Source: a virus
Taxonomy: Duplodnaviria; Caudoviricetes
Reading direction: 5' to 3' (one strand)
DNA length: 64,000 nt
Virus record (IMG/VR): IMGVR_UViG_3300028591_000072
Span: 96,001 to 160,000 of that record
Positions 48,394-57,582 of the stretch are shown piece after piece. The translations under genes were made by a program, and so were the position numbers. A model generated the notes under the pieces. The model saw only the letters and a list, made by a program, of their open reading frames with translations, made no database searches and was not told the DNA's origin. Positions within the stretch are counted from its first letter, which is position 1, and each line of letters starts with the position of its first letter.

Positions 48394-48939
48394 ATGGCAC
48401 TTGAATTTAATCAAACAAAAAATACGAACAAAGTACCTGTAACAAGGAACAATAAGTTCTTTGGAATGGAGGATTTTGATTTGGAAGTAGGTTTTGCCAC
48501 TGAATATTTGGAACAAGATGCAAATCAGGAGATAATTCTTTATCAAGTTGATTATGAAAAGACAAAAGTTAACGACACGTATAATGAGGCTTCAAAAGAT
48601 GCCATAAGATTCAAAACTCCTATTGTTCTTCCGGTGATTTACGAGATAAGTGACGCTGAAACTAAGGCATATAACAACAAAATTCAAACAGGTTATTATG
48701 CCAAAACAGGAAAACTTACTTTTAGTGTACTTTTATCAACGCTTGAAGAAAATCATTGTGATATTTCAAGAGGCGATTACATTGGGATACAAATAGACAC
48801 AGAACATCGTGAATATTTCACGGTAGTTGACGATGGAAGGGTAAATATGACTTCAAATAAGTTTACATTGTTCGGAAAAAAACCTTATGCTAGACAAATT
48901 ATTGCAGTTTCTATAGATTCTAATGAGTTTAATGGGTAA
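48394..48939 (+). CDS. Neck/head-closure protein (gp14-like)
   Basis: Lies before the tail terminator and sheath; IILYQVD...YNE...RGDYI pattern; late motif at 48365-48373. Confidence 0.55.
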   Translation: MALEFNQTKNTNKVPVTRNNKFFGMEDFDLEVGFATEYLEQDANQEIILYQVDYEKTKVNDTYNEASKDAIRFKTPIVLPVIYEISDAETKAYNNKIQTGYYAKTGKLTFSVLLSTLEENHCDISRGDYIGIQIDTEHREYFTVVDDGRVNMTSNKFTLFGKKPYARQIIAVSIDSNEFNG

Positions 48940-49022
48940 TGCACAGTGTATAGTTCTATTTATACGATAGAAAATTCATTCAAAAGTAAAAAGAAGTTAT
49001 TAAAAAAAATATTTTCATTTAA

Positions 49023-50183
49023 ATGAGTAGAAATTATAAAAATATTATAAAACTTAAACGAAATATTGTTGGTAAAGAAAGACGTGAAAATTTGGTGAAA
49101 GAAGTTCTCCAAGATAACACTCCGTTGCCAAAACCTTTGGAATATGAAGATATAGACAAGGAATTTGAAAGATGGGTTTCCGAAGATTTGGACATTTCAT
49201 TCGAGGAACAAAAATTACCAACTTATTTAATGCTTTCAAACCAAAGATTTTCAGAATATCTTCAATCATGGCAAAATGTTGATGATAAAAAGAACTTAAT
49301 TCTCAATTTTAAGGCAATAACAAGGGAAAATAATCCAAAATTGGGTAGTATAGTTGGTGATACAAGGAATATTCCTGGCAATATTGATTTTTTGATGAAG
49401 AGAGTTCATGCTGTTGATAAAAGCGGGCATAGATATTTCATTGATTATAGAGTTAAACAGCCAATTTCAATTGATTTTATATATACTGTATCAATTTTCA
49501 CAAACAAATATCAATTATTGAATGAATTCAATATGATGATGAATGAAAAATTTAAGGCAATTGATTGTTACATAAGGCCAAACGGACATTTTATTCCAAT
49601 GAAGTTGACAGATATATCAGACGAGTCTGAATATAACATTGATGACAGGCGTTATTATTCACAATCGTATTTAATAACTGTTATGGCTTATATAATGCCT
49701 AAGGATAGTTTTAGGGTTGTCGAACAGCCAATGCTTGTTCTTGAATGCTTTGATGGCGAAACAAAACCAAAAACAATTATAGAAAGCATTGAGTGCGATA
49801 ATGAAAATAATCCTTATGAATATGAGCCAATAGATGTAATAACAACAATACCAAGAGATAAAAACGGCCATAGTTTCAGAATGGATTGTGATTCTGAAAT
49901 AACATCAATAATACTGAAAAACACGAGATATTTTAGGCTGCTAATAAATGGAAAAGAGTATTCGTGGGTGGATTCTAATGGAAACAATCAAACATTAGAC
50001 TATTATTTACAGAACATTGAAAGTTCTTGCTATGATGATGTTGATATAATATTGGATATACCAATAAAAATTAGCATGAACGACCTTATAAAAATTGATT
50101 CTGTTTCAAGATATAAGGCTTTTGAAGATTCTGTAATAAAATTCAAAGGGAAAGATTTCACAAGTGTGATTGAAAAAGAATAA
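49023..50183 (+). CDS. Tail terminator/sheath stabiliser (gp15-like)
   Basis: P.SIDFIYTVSIFT...LNEF pattern, directly upstream of the sheath gene. Confidence 0.55.
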   Translation: MSRNYKNIIKLKRNIVGKERRENLVKEVLQDNTPLPKPLEYEDIDKEFERWVSEDLDISFEEQKLPTYLMLSNQRFSEYLQSWQNVDDKKNLILNFKAITRENNPKLGSIVGDTRNIPGNIDFLMKRVHAVDKSGHRYFIDYRVKQPISIDFIYTVSIFTNKYQLLNEFNMMMNEKFKAIDCYIRPNGHFIPMKLTDISDESEYNIDDRRYYSQSYLITVMAYIMPKDSFRVVEQPMLVLECFDGETKPKTIIESIECDNENNPYEYEPIDVITTIPRDKNGHSFRMDCDSEITSIILKNTRYFRLLINGKEYSWVDSNGNNQTLDYYLQNIESSCYDDVDIILDIPIKISMNDLIKIDSVSRYKAFEDSVIKFKGKDFTSVIEKE

Positions 50184-50281
50184 TATTGAATATAAAGATT
50201 ATTTTTAATAAATGTAATTTGTTTTTTGGTTTTTTAGTGCTATTTATAAAGAAAATAATAAAGTAAAAAAAATAAAACAAT

Positions 50282-53050
50282 ATGATAAGTGATGCAAGAG
50301 GCAGACATGTTTCACCTGGTGTCTATACTGAAGAAAAAGATGTAACTTATTCAGTTAATAGTCTTGGGATTACAAGTCTTGGACTTGTTGGAGAAACATT
50401 ATATGGTCCTGCTTTTGAAAACATTGAAATAACAGATTGGAATGATTTTGTTGATTACTTTGGAGGAACATCATCTGAAAAATTCAGAAAAACAGGCTTG
50501 CCAAAGTACGAGCTTCCATATATTGCAAAAAGTTACTTGACGAAATCAAAGAGGCTTAACGTTGTAAGGGTTCTTGGATTATCAGGATATGATGCAGGAA
50601 AAGCATGGGTTGTTAAAGTTAAAACTACAAAAGGAGAAGTAAAACCATTGATTGTTTTAAGAAGTAAAATGTCATATAATGTTCCTGGAGATGGTGGTAT
50701 ATGTGCGCCAAATAATGACAACGCTGAGGAATTAGTTACCGGAATAACTATTAGTGATTACAAACCAGCTTTTTATTCTTCAAAATGTCACACAAGTGAA
50801 GCAGTAAAAGTAATTGATTCGTATAAAAAGTTGTGTATTACTGCAAACTTGAAGAATGGGGGAACTGAAATATATAATGTTACATTAGACCCAAGGGATA
50901 GTGATTATATATATAAAGTAATTAGTTCAAGCCCTGAAAATGGTAAAAGTTCAATATATGTTGAGGCTGTTTTTGAAGAAGGTATGAGATATGACAGTAA
51001 TGTTGATACAGAAAAACCTGAAATACAGAAAGAAATAACAGTACTTGATTCAGAAACATATAGTGATTATAAGAGCCAATATAGATGCGCACAAACTCCT
51101 TGGCTTGTATCAGAAGCATATGCTTCACAAGAATCAAACGGAGAAGATGCTGCATGTGGATTAAAGATTACCCTTAGAAGGTTATTTAAATTATTAACGA
51201 TTTCCGATGGTAATGCATCAAATTATCAAGTTAAGGTTTCAATTGAAAGGATAAATCCTTATGATGGTACATTTGATGTTGTTGTTAGAGATTTCAACGA
51301 TAATGATACTTATCCTATTATACTTGAAAAATTCTCAAGATGTACAATGACAAAGGGAGATTCTTCGTATATTGGATATAAGATTGGTACAAGTGATGGA
51401 TTGTTTGCAACAAAGTCAAAGTATATCACAGTTATGTTTGCTGATGATAATGAAGACTATAGTGGAAGCGTTCCTTGTGGATTTTTAGGGTATCCTTGCC
51501 CTGATTATGATATTTCAGTTCCTGATATAACATATAATACTGTTTTTGACCCAAAAATAAAAGCAAAGAAACAATATTTTGGCCTTTCAAGCGTTGATAC
51601 TGATTTCTTGTCTTTCAAAGGAACCAAGTTGTATAATGATGAACTTGGAGGAAAAGCAAAGTCAGAACAATGTGCCGATGATGACAGTTGCTGCTATGTA
51701 CTTGATGCTAAATATACAAAAGGATTCCATATGGATTCAATATTTGAAAAAATAGAATCTGATGAAGAATCAGGAAGCAATGACATAGTTTTAGTTGATG
51801 GAGAAGAATATAATGATGGATTTATATGTGTTTCTGGAAAGAAGGTTACAGCATATGACTATGCTCCTAGAATTACAGCAGAAAGAGCACCTGATAAAGA
51901 AGAATATGCACCAAGGGTTATGAATGCTGGCTATATGAATGACACAATTTATAAAGACCCTGCTGTTCGTAAGTTTACTGTTTGTTTCTATGGAGGTTTT
52001 GATGGATGGGATGTTCATAGAGGATATAGAACTACATTAAATGAATTTAATGCAAATGTATACGGACAAAGCAATATATATGGCCCGGTTTGTAATTGGG
52101 ATTATTATAAGATTCCTCAAAATATGAACAACACAAGCGACTATTATGCATTCTTGGCTGGATATCAAGTGTTTTCAAATCCTCAAGATGTAGAAATAAA
52201 CTTGTTTGCTACTCCTGGAATTGATTGGATGAACAGTTCGCTTTTAACGCAGGACGCAATTCATATGATAGAAGACCCTGAAGACGGTAGGGGCGGAGAT
52301 GCTTTATATATAATGAACGCACCATATTGTGACTACAGACCTGTTGTTACTACAGCAGAAGGATACGGTATATCACCAATTTTTGATGTTGAAGAACTTT
52401 CTTCGTTGTTTGATGAAACTGAAATCAATTCTTCATATGCTTGTACATATTTCCCATGGATTTTGTATAAAGACACCGTTAGAAATGAATATTTGTATTT
52501 GCCTCCGACAAAAGATGTTGTTAGAAACATTGCTGACACAGACAACACATTATTCCCATGGTATACGCCAGCCGGTATTTCTCGTGGAACCGTTGTATGT
52601 GAAAAAGCCGCAATAAAGACAACTTTAGTTGATGAGGATGTATTATATAATAATAGAATTAATCCAATCAAGACATTCGGAAAAGATGGTGTTAAAGTTT
52701 GGGGTAATAAGACTGCTTATGAAATTGATAGCCCTCTTAACAGAATCAATGTAAGAAGACTTATGATTAGAGTTAAGAAACTTGTCACTTCAGCGTCAAA
52801 ACACTTGATATTTGAACAATATGACGATGCTCTTGAAAAACAATTTAGAGGTTTGATTGAACCAATTCTTGCAGAAGTAAAATCAAATAGAGGTATATTT
52901 GATTATAGGGTCGTTACTGAAGTAACTCCTGAAACAAGAGACCAACACATTCTTCCATGTAAGATTATGATTAAGCCAACACCTGCTTTGGAATACGTAT
53001 CAATATCATTTGTTGTATATCCGGAGTCGGTTCAATTTGAAAATGACTGA
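50282..53050 (+). CDS. Tail sheath protein (gp18-like)
   Basis: HVSPGVYTEEKD, GETLYGPAF, PWYTPAGISRG, INPI, VWGNKT and LNRINVRRL. Confidence 0.95.
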   Translation: MISDARGRHVSPGVYTEEKDVTYSVNSLGITSLGLVGETLYGPAFENIEITDWNDFVDYFGGTSSEKFRKTGLPKYELPYIAKSYLTKSKRLNVVRVLGLSGYDAGKAWVVKVKTTKGEVKPLIVLRSKMSYNVPGDGGICAPNNDNAEELVTGITISDYKPAFYSSKCHTSEAVKVIDSYKKLCITANLKNGGTEIYNVTLDPRDSDYIYKVISSSPENGKSSIYVEAVFEEGMRYDSNVDTEKPEIQKEITVLDSETYSDYKSQYRCAQTPWLVSEAYASQESNGEDAACGLKITLRRLFKLLTISDGNASNYQVKVSIERINPYDGTFDVVVRDFNDNDTYPIILEKFSRCTMTKGDSSYIGYKIGTSDGLFATKSKYITVMFADDNEDYSGSVPCGFLGYPCPDYDISVPDITYNTVFDPKIKAKKQYFGLSSVDTDFLSFKGTKLYNDELGGKAKSEQCADDDSCCYVLDAKYTKGFHMDSIFEKIESDEESGSNDIVLVDGEEYNDGFICVSGKKVTAYDYAPRITAERAPDKEEYAPRVMNAGYMNDTIYKDPAVRKFTVCFYGGFDGWDVHRGYRTTLNEFNANVYGQSNIYGPVCNWDYYKIPQNMNNTSDYYAFLAGYQVFSNPQDVEINLFATPGIDWMNSSLLTQDAIHMIEDPEDGRGGDALYIMNAPYCDYRPVVTTAEGYGISPIFDVEELSSLFDETEINSSYACTYFPWILYKDTVRNEYLYLPPTKDVVRNIADTDNTLFPWYTPAGISRGTVVCEKAAIKTTLVDEDVLYNNRINPIKTFGKDGVKVWGNKTAYEIDSPLNRINVRRLMIRVKKLVTSASKHLIFEQYDDALEKQFRGLIEPILAEVKSNRGIFDYRVVTEVTPETRDQHILPCKIMIKPTPALEYVSISFVVYPESVQFEND

Positions 53051-53066
53051 TTAACAGTATTTTAAT

Positions 53067-53094
53067 AAAGCCAATGGATTTCATTGGCTTTTTT
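53067..53094 (+). terminator. Terminator after the sheath gene
   Basis: AAAGCCAATG-GATTT-CATTGGCTTTTTT. Confidence 0.75.
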
Positions 53095-53161
53095 GTAATT
53101 TTTTTTTCATTAAAAAAAACTTTTTCAGGATTTTCACTATTTATTAAAAAAAAAGTTATAT

Positions 53162-54144
53162 ATGAAAAAAAAATAAATGATTTTATAGAAAAAGCAAACT
53201 TTGTTCATAAAAATAAATATGATTATTCAAAAGTTAAATATAATAATTGTAAAGAAAAAGTATGCATTATATGTTCAGAACATGGTGAATTTTGGCAAAC
53301 GCCAGATGGACATATACAAGGAAGAGGGTGCCCTGTTTGTCGTTATATAAATTCATCAAAAAATAATGCATTAACAAAAGAAAGTTTTATAAAAAAAGCA
53401 AAAAAAATTCATGGTGATAAGTATGACTATTCAAAAGTTGAATATGTTAATAATAGAACGAAAGTTTGTATAATTTGTCACGAAAAAGATGAATTTGGTA
53501 ATGAACATGGTGAATTTTGGCAAGACCCAACAGGACATATTGATAAGAAAGCAGGATGCCCAAGATGTTCAAAAAATCACAAATATACAACTGAAGAATT
53601 TTTAAATAAATTACCACTATGGTTGAAAGAAAAATATGATTTTTCAAAATTTTCATATGTTAGAACACATGACAAATCAATATTAATATGTCGTGAGCAT
53701 GGCGAATTTTTAATATCACCACACAATATAATTAAAGGGGTTGGATGTCCTGGATGTAGTGAAAGTAAACTTGAAAGGCAAATTAGACTTTTTTTAAAAG
53801 AAAAAAATATTGTGTTTATATCGGAATATAAACATAATAAAAATTTTGGAAAACAGGCGATAGATTTTTATTTACCTGATTATAATATTGCAATAGAGTG
53901 TCAAGGAATACAGCATTTTATGCCAACTGATTTTGCCGGAAAAGGAAATGAATGGGCTGAAAATGAATATGAACATATTATAGAACTTGATTTGAATAAA
54001 CAAATATTATGTAAAGAAAATAATATTAGTCTTTTGTATTTTACAACAAATGAAAATAAACAATTAGTGACTGAATCAAGAAATATGCATTTTAATGGTT
54101 ATTATATTTTTACTGATGTTGAAGAATTAAATAACTATTTATGA
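53162..54144 (+). CDS. Putative homing endonuclease whose natural start is out of frame across an A9 run
   Basis: Three zinc repeats plus DFYLPDYNIAIECQGIQH. The ATG at 53162 follows the late motif (53136-53144) but reads ATG AAA AAA AAA TAA. Confidence 0.65.
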
Positions 54145-54157
54145 AAAAATAAATGTT

Positions 54158-54490
54158 ATGAAAAGAATTTTTACTTTTTTGCTAATGGTGTTTTTATTGT
54201 TTTCGTGCAAAACACATCAGAATGTTGGTGAAATAACATTTGGAGCACCAATAATGATTAATCTATATGAAATGACAATAACGCAACACCAACTTGATTC
54301 CATATGCGAAGTGGATATGATTCCGACATATGACAAGTGGATAAAAACAAGTTTCATTGACTATGAAACAGATTCTGTTTTCACGAAAAGACTTTATTTG
54401 AAATCATATTCAGATGAAAATGAAGTGATATATATTCTTCTTGGTGAAAGAGAGCCATATAAAATAACAAAAAGAATTGCTGAACAATGA
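54158..54490 (+). CDS. Putative lipoprotein
   Basis: MKRIFTFLLMVFLLFSC lipobox; late motif at 54133-54142. Confidence 0.75.
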   Translation: MKRIFTFLLMVFLLFSCKTHQNVGEITFGAPIMINLYEMTITQHQLDSICEVDMIPTYDKWIKTSFIDYETDSVFTKRLYLKSYSDENEVIYILLGEREPYKITKRIAEQ

Positions 54491-55116
54491 AAAACATAGA
54501 TAATTTGGGGTTTGTTCCTTCAATAATAAACGGCACTGAAATTTTGTTTGAGTGCCCGAAAGATGCAGATTTGCCTGAAAAATATTCTTATGTGAATGTA
54601 TTGCCACAAGTGATAAATCAAGGAAAACTATCAATATGTGTACCTTGCTCAATGTCTGCATACTTGAATTGGAAAGCAAATTTGAATACATTAACAAATA
54701 ACGATAATGCGATTGTTTTGTTTGATATTTACAATAGCCGTGAAAACAAGGGAGACGGAATGACATTCAAGGCGGCTTTTAAATATTTAAGGCATAATGG
54801 CGTTGATTCTGCAATTGGAATTTTAAAAATCGGGCATTATGGAAAAATAAACAAAATAGATGATTTGAAATTTGCAATAGTTTCAAATGGGCCTTGTTTT
54901 GGTGCTTTGCCTGTATATGGCAACCATTGCGATTTTTGGAACAAGAAAGTTGGTACTACATTGCACGGATACCACGCAATATCAATTGTTGGATATGATT
55001 CAGAAGGATTTATAATAAGAAATTCTTGGGGAAAGGAATTTTGTGAAAATGGATATACAAAGATAAGTTATGAAAATTTTGAAAAATTACTTGAAATTTG
55101 GACTGTAATTGATTAG
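54487..55116 (+). CDS. Papain-like C1 cysteine peptidase
   Basis: NQGKLSICVPC, YHAISIVGYD and IRNSWG. Confidence 0.88.
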   Translation: MKNIDNLGFVPSIINGTEILFECPKDADLPEKYSYVNVLPQVINQGKLSICVPCSMSAYLNWKANLNTLTNNDNAIVLFDIYNSRENKGDGMTFKAAFKYLRHNGVDSAIGILKIGHYGKINKIDDLKFAIVSNGPCFGALPVYGNHCDFWNKKVGTTLHGYHAISIVGYDSEGFIIRNSWGKEFCENGYTKISYENFEKLLEIWTVID

Positions 55117-55132
55117 ATTTTTTTAAAAAAAA

Positions 55133-56074
55133 ATGAATGTTTTAGTTACTGGTGCTGAAGGACAACTCGGAAGATGCATTGTTGATATATTTAGAAAGTT
55201 TGATGCTGAAAATAAATATGTATTTATGCCAAGAGACCTGTTTGATTTGACAAATAAAGGACAAATGGCTGAACAATTTGAAAGATTTAAGCCTGATATT
55301 GTTGTAAATTGTGCTGCATATACAAATGTAGAAAAAGCGGAAGAAAATTCAATTGATACAATTGGTGTAAATTATCTTGGGGTTGGAGATTTAGTAAAAC
55401 TATGTGAAACTTATGGTGTATATTTAATTCATATTTCAACTGATTATGTTTTTAATGGAAAATCAAGTAAGCCATACAAAGAAGACTCAAATGTAAATCC
55501 ATTAAATGTTTATGGCGCTTCTAAACTAGGTGGAGACAATTTTGTTGTTGGATACAACAGAGGAATTGTTTTAAGGACTTCATGGCTTTATTCTGAATAT
55601 GGCCACAATTTTTATAGGACAATGATTGAAAGAATACGTGAGCAAAAAGAAACAAATGTAGTTAATGACCAAATAGGAACGCCAACATATGCAAAAGATT
55701 TGGCTTTGTTTATAGTAAGAGATTTAATTGCTTCAAATAAATACAAAGAAGTTAAAGGAATTTATAATTTTTCAAATAACGGAATTGCGTCATGGTATGA
55801 TTTTGCTTCAATGATAGAAACATTCTATCAAAATTTCGGTCCATATGAGCCAATGATAAAAGACCCTGTTGATATTAAATTTGAAGTTAGCCAGTATCAA
55901 AAGAAATACATAATTCCAATCACAACAAAGAAATACAAGACAAAAGCCAAAAGGCCGATGTATTCAGTTCTTGACAAAACGAAAGTTGAAAATGAATTTG
56001 GAATTAAGATTCCACATTGGTCTGAGTCACTTTTGCAATGTATGATTGATGATGGGAAAATTAAAAGAAACTAA
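55133..56074 (+). CDS. rfbD: dTDP-4-dehydrorhamnose reductase
   Basis: VTGAEGQLG, NCAAYTNVEKAE, HISTDYVF, YGASK, LRTSWLYS and DQIGTPT. Confidence 0.95.
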   Translation: MNVLVTGAEGQLGRCIVDIFRKFDAENKYVFMPRDLFDLTNKGQMAEQFERFKPDIVVNCAAYTNVEKAEENSIDTIGVNYLGVGDLVKLCETYGVYLIHISTDYVFNGKSSKPYKEDSNVNPLNVYGASKLGGDNFVVGYNRGIVLRTSWLYSEYGHNFYRTMIERIREQKETNVVNDQIGTPTYAKDLALFIVRDLIASNKYKEVKGIYNFSNNGIASWYDFASMIETFYQNFGPYEPMIKDPVDIKFEVSQYQKKYIIPITTKKYKTKAKRPMYSVLDKTKVENEFGIKIPHWSESLLQCMIDDGKIKRN

Positions 56075-56076
56075 TA

Positions 56077-56868
56077 GTGAAAAAGATTTTGTTTTTTTAT
56101 TTTTATACATTTCATAATTTTTTAGAAAACATTGCTATTAAGATGCATTTATGGTATCTTAATAAATATAGCCACATATTTGATAAAGCAATTTTTGTAA
56201 TTTCATTAAAAGAAAATGATGAAGAATTAATTATAGATACAAAAATTAATATTTTAAAAAATCTTCATGTAAATGATGTTGAATTTAAAGTAATTAAAGA
56301 TAATGATTTACATGAATCTGGCGCTTTCAAAACAGAGGTGATTGATAAACTTGATAGCATTGATGGACTTGTTTTTTGTGCACATACAAAAGGCATTAGT
56401 AATTTTGGTAAATATAATGAAGAATCAATAAAATTATGGATTAGTAGCCTTTGGTATTATAATTTAGAACATGTTTATGATGTTGTTAATGAACTTGTTT
56501 ATCATGAAAGAAAAGCATTATATGGGGCGTATCTACTAGACGATAGAATAGATAAAATTGTAAAATTCAACAAAAATAATTGTTGGTATGCAGGTAATTT
56601 TTATTGGATTAATGCCGGAAAATTGAAATATGACATTGATAATATCAACAACAGTATGCTTACACGATGTTATTCTAAATATTTTTTTGAAAAGTTTCCT
56701 GGAGAAGTTTATAATATTGAAAAACTTGGTAGTTTTGAAAATAAGTCAGTAAGAACAAGTAAATTTCATACTTATTTTTGTAAAATTGAAGATGTTGTAA
56801 ATTATTTTGGAGATAATGAAAAGTTTAAAGAACAATTTTATTTTATGAAAAATGAATTATGTATATAA
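56077..56868 (+). CDS. Hypothetical glycan-modifying protein (HTKG motif)
   Basis: CAHTKG...YAGNFYW..A; lies between rfbD and a methyltransferase. Confidence 0.45.
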   Translation: MKKILFFYFYTFHNFLENIAIKMHLWYLNKYSHIFDKAIFVISLKENDEELIIDTKINILKNLHVNDVEFKVIKDNDLHESGAFKTEVIDKLDSIDGLVFCAHTKGISNFGKYNEESIKLWISSLWYYNLEHVYDVVNELVYHERKALYGAYLLDDRIDKIVKFNKNNCWYAGNFYWINAGKLKYDIDNINNSMLTRCYSKYFFEKFPGEVYNIEKLGSFENKSVRTSKFHTYFCKIEDVVNYFGDNEKFKEQFYFMKNELCI

Positions 56869-56896
56869 TAAAAATAAAAAAAAATAATTAATTATT

Positions 56897-57562
56897 ATGT
56901 TATGCAGAACTGATATTATAAATAATTTAATAGAAAAAAATGGATTTAAAACATATTTGGAAATTGGGCTTGATAATCCATTTAATAATTTTGTGGAAAT
57001 TAATTGTTTAACAAAACATAGTGTTGACCCTTTTATTGTACGTGATAATAGTTTTGATTTTATTGATTGTGGAAAAAGTAAAGATGACTTAGAAGAAGAA
57101 ATAAAAAGGGCACTTCCATATCTTACATTTAGGACAACATCTGATGATTTTTTTGAAAAAACAAGTTTAAAGTATGATATAATTTTTATTGATGGATTAC
57201 ACACAGAAAGGCAATGCGGTAAGGATATTATAAATGGGCTGAAACATCTTAATGAAGGTGGTTATATAATTGTTCATGATTGTCTTCCTTCACAAGAAGT
57301 TTCACAAATCATACCAAGAAAAGTCATTGAATGGAACGGTGATGTTTGGAAATGCATTCCTGAATTGAATAAACAATTTATAGGCTATGATGTAGTTGAT
57401 TGTGATTTTGGATGCGGTGTCATAAAGTATACTCCTGATTGGAAATATTTACATTATCTTGACAAATCAATATATGAATGGAATGATTTTGAAAAAAACA
57501 GGGATAAATTGATGCATGTAATAAGCGAACAAGAATTTTTGGAAAAATATATTTATAATTAA
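56897..57562 (+). CDS. Class I SAM-dependent methyltransferase (Methyltransf_24-like)
   Basis: YLEIG, TSDDFF, DIIFIDGLH and GGYIIVHDC. Confidence 0.85.
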   Translation: MLCRTDIINNLIEKNGFKTYLEIGLDNPFNNFVEINCLTKHSVDPFIVRDNSFDFIDCGKSKDDLEEEIKRALPYLTFRTTSDDFFEKTSLKYDIIFIDGLHTERQCGKDIINGLKHLNEGGYIIVHDCLPSQEVSQIIPRKVIEWNGDVWKCIPELNKQFIGYDVVDCDFGCGVIKYTPDWKYLHYLDKSIYEWNDFEKNRDKLMHVISEQEFLEKYIYN

Positions 57563-57582
57563 AAGTAAAAAAAAGGCTGAAA

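Noticed and set aside
53074-53161. ORF-track N-terminal extension MDFIGFFVIFF of the endonuclease
   Set aside because: It starts inside a terminator hairpin upstream of the promoter motif, and no paralog has it.
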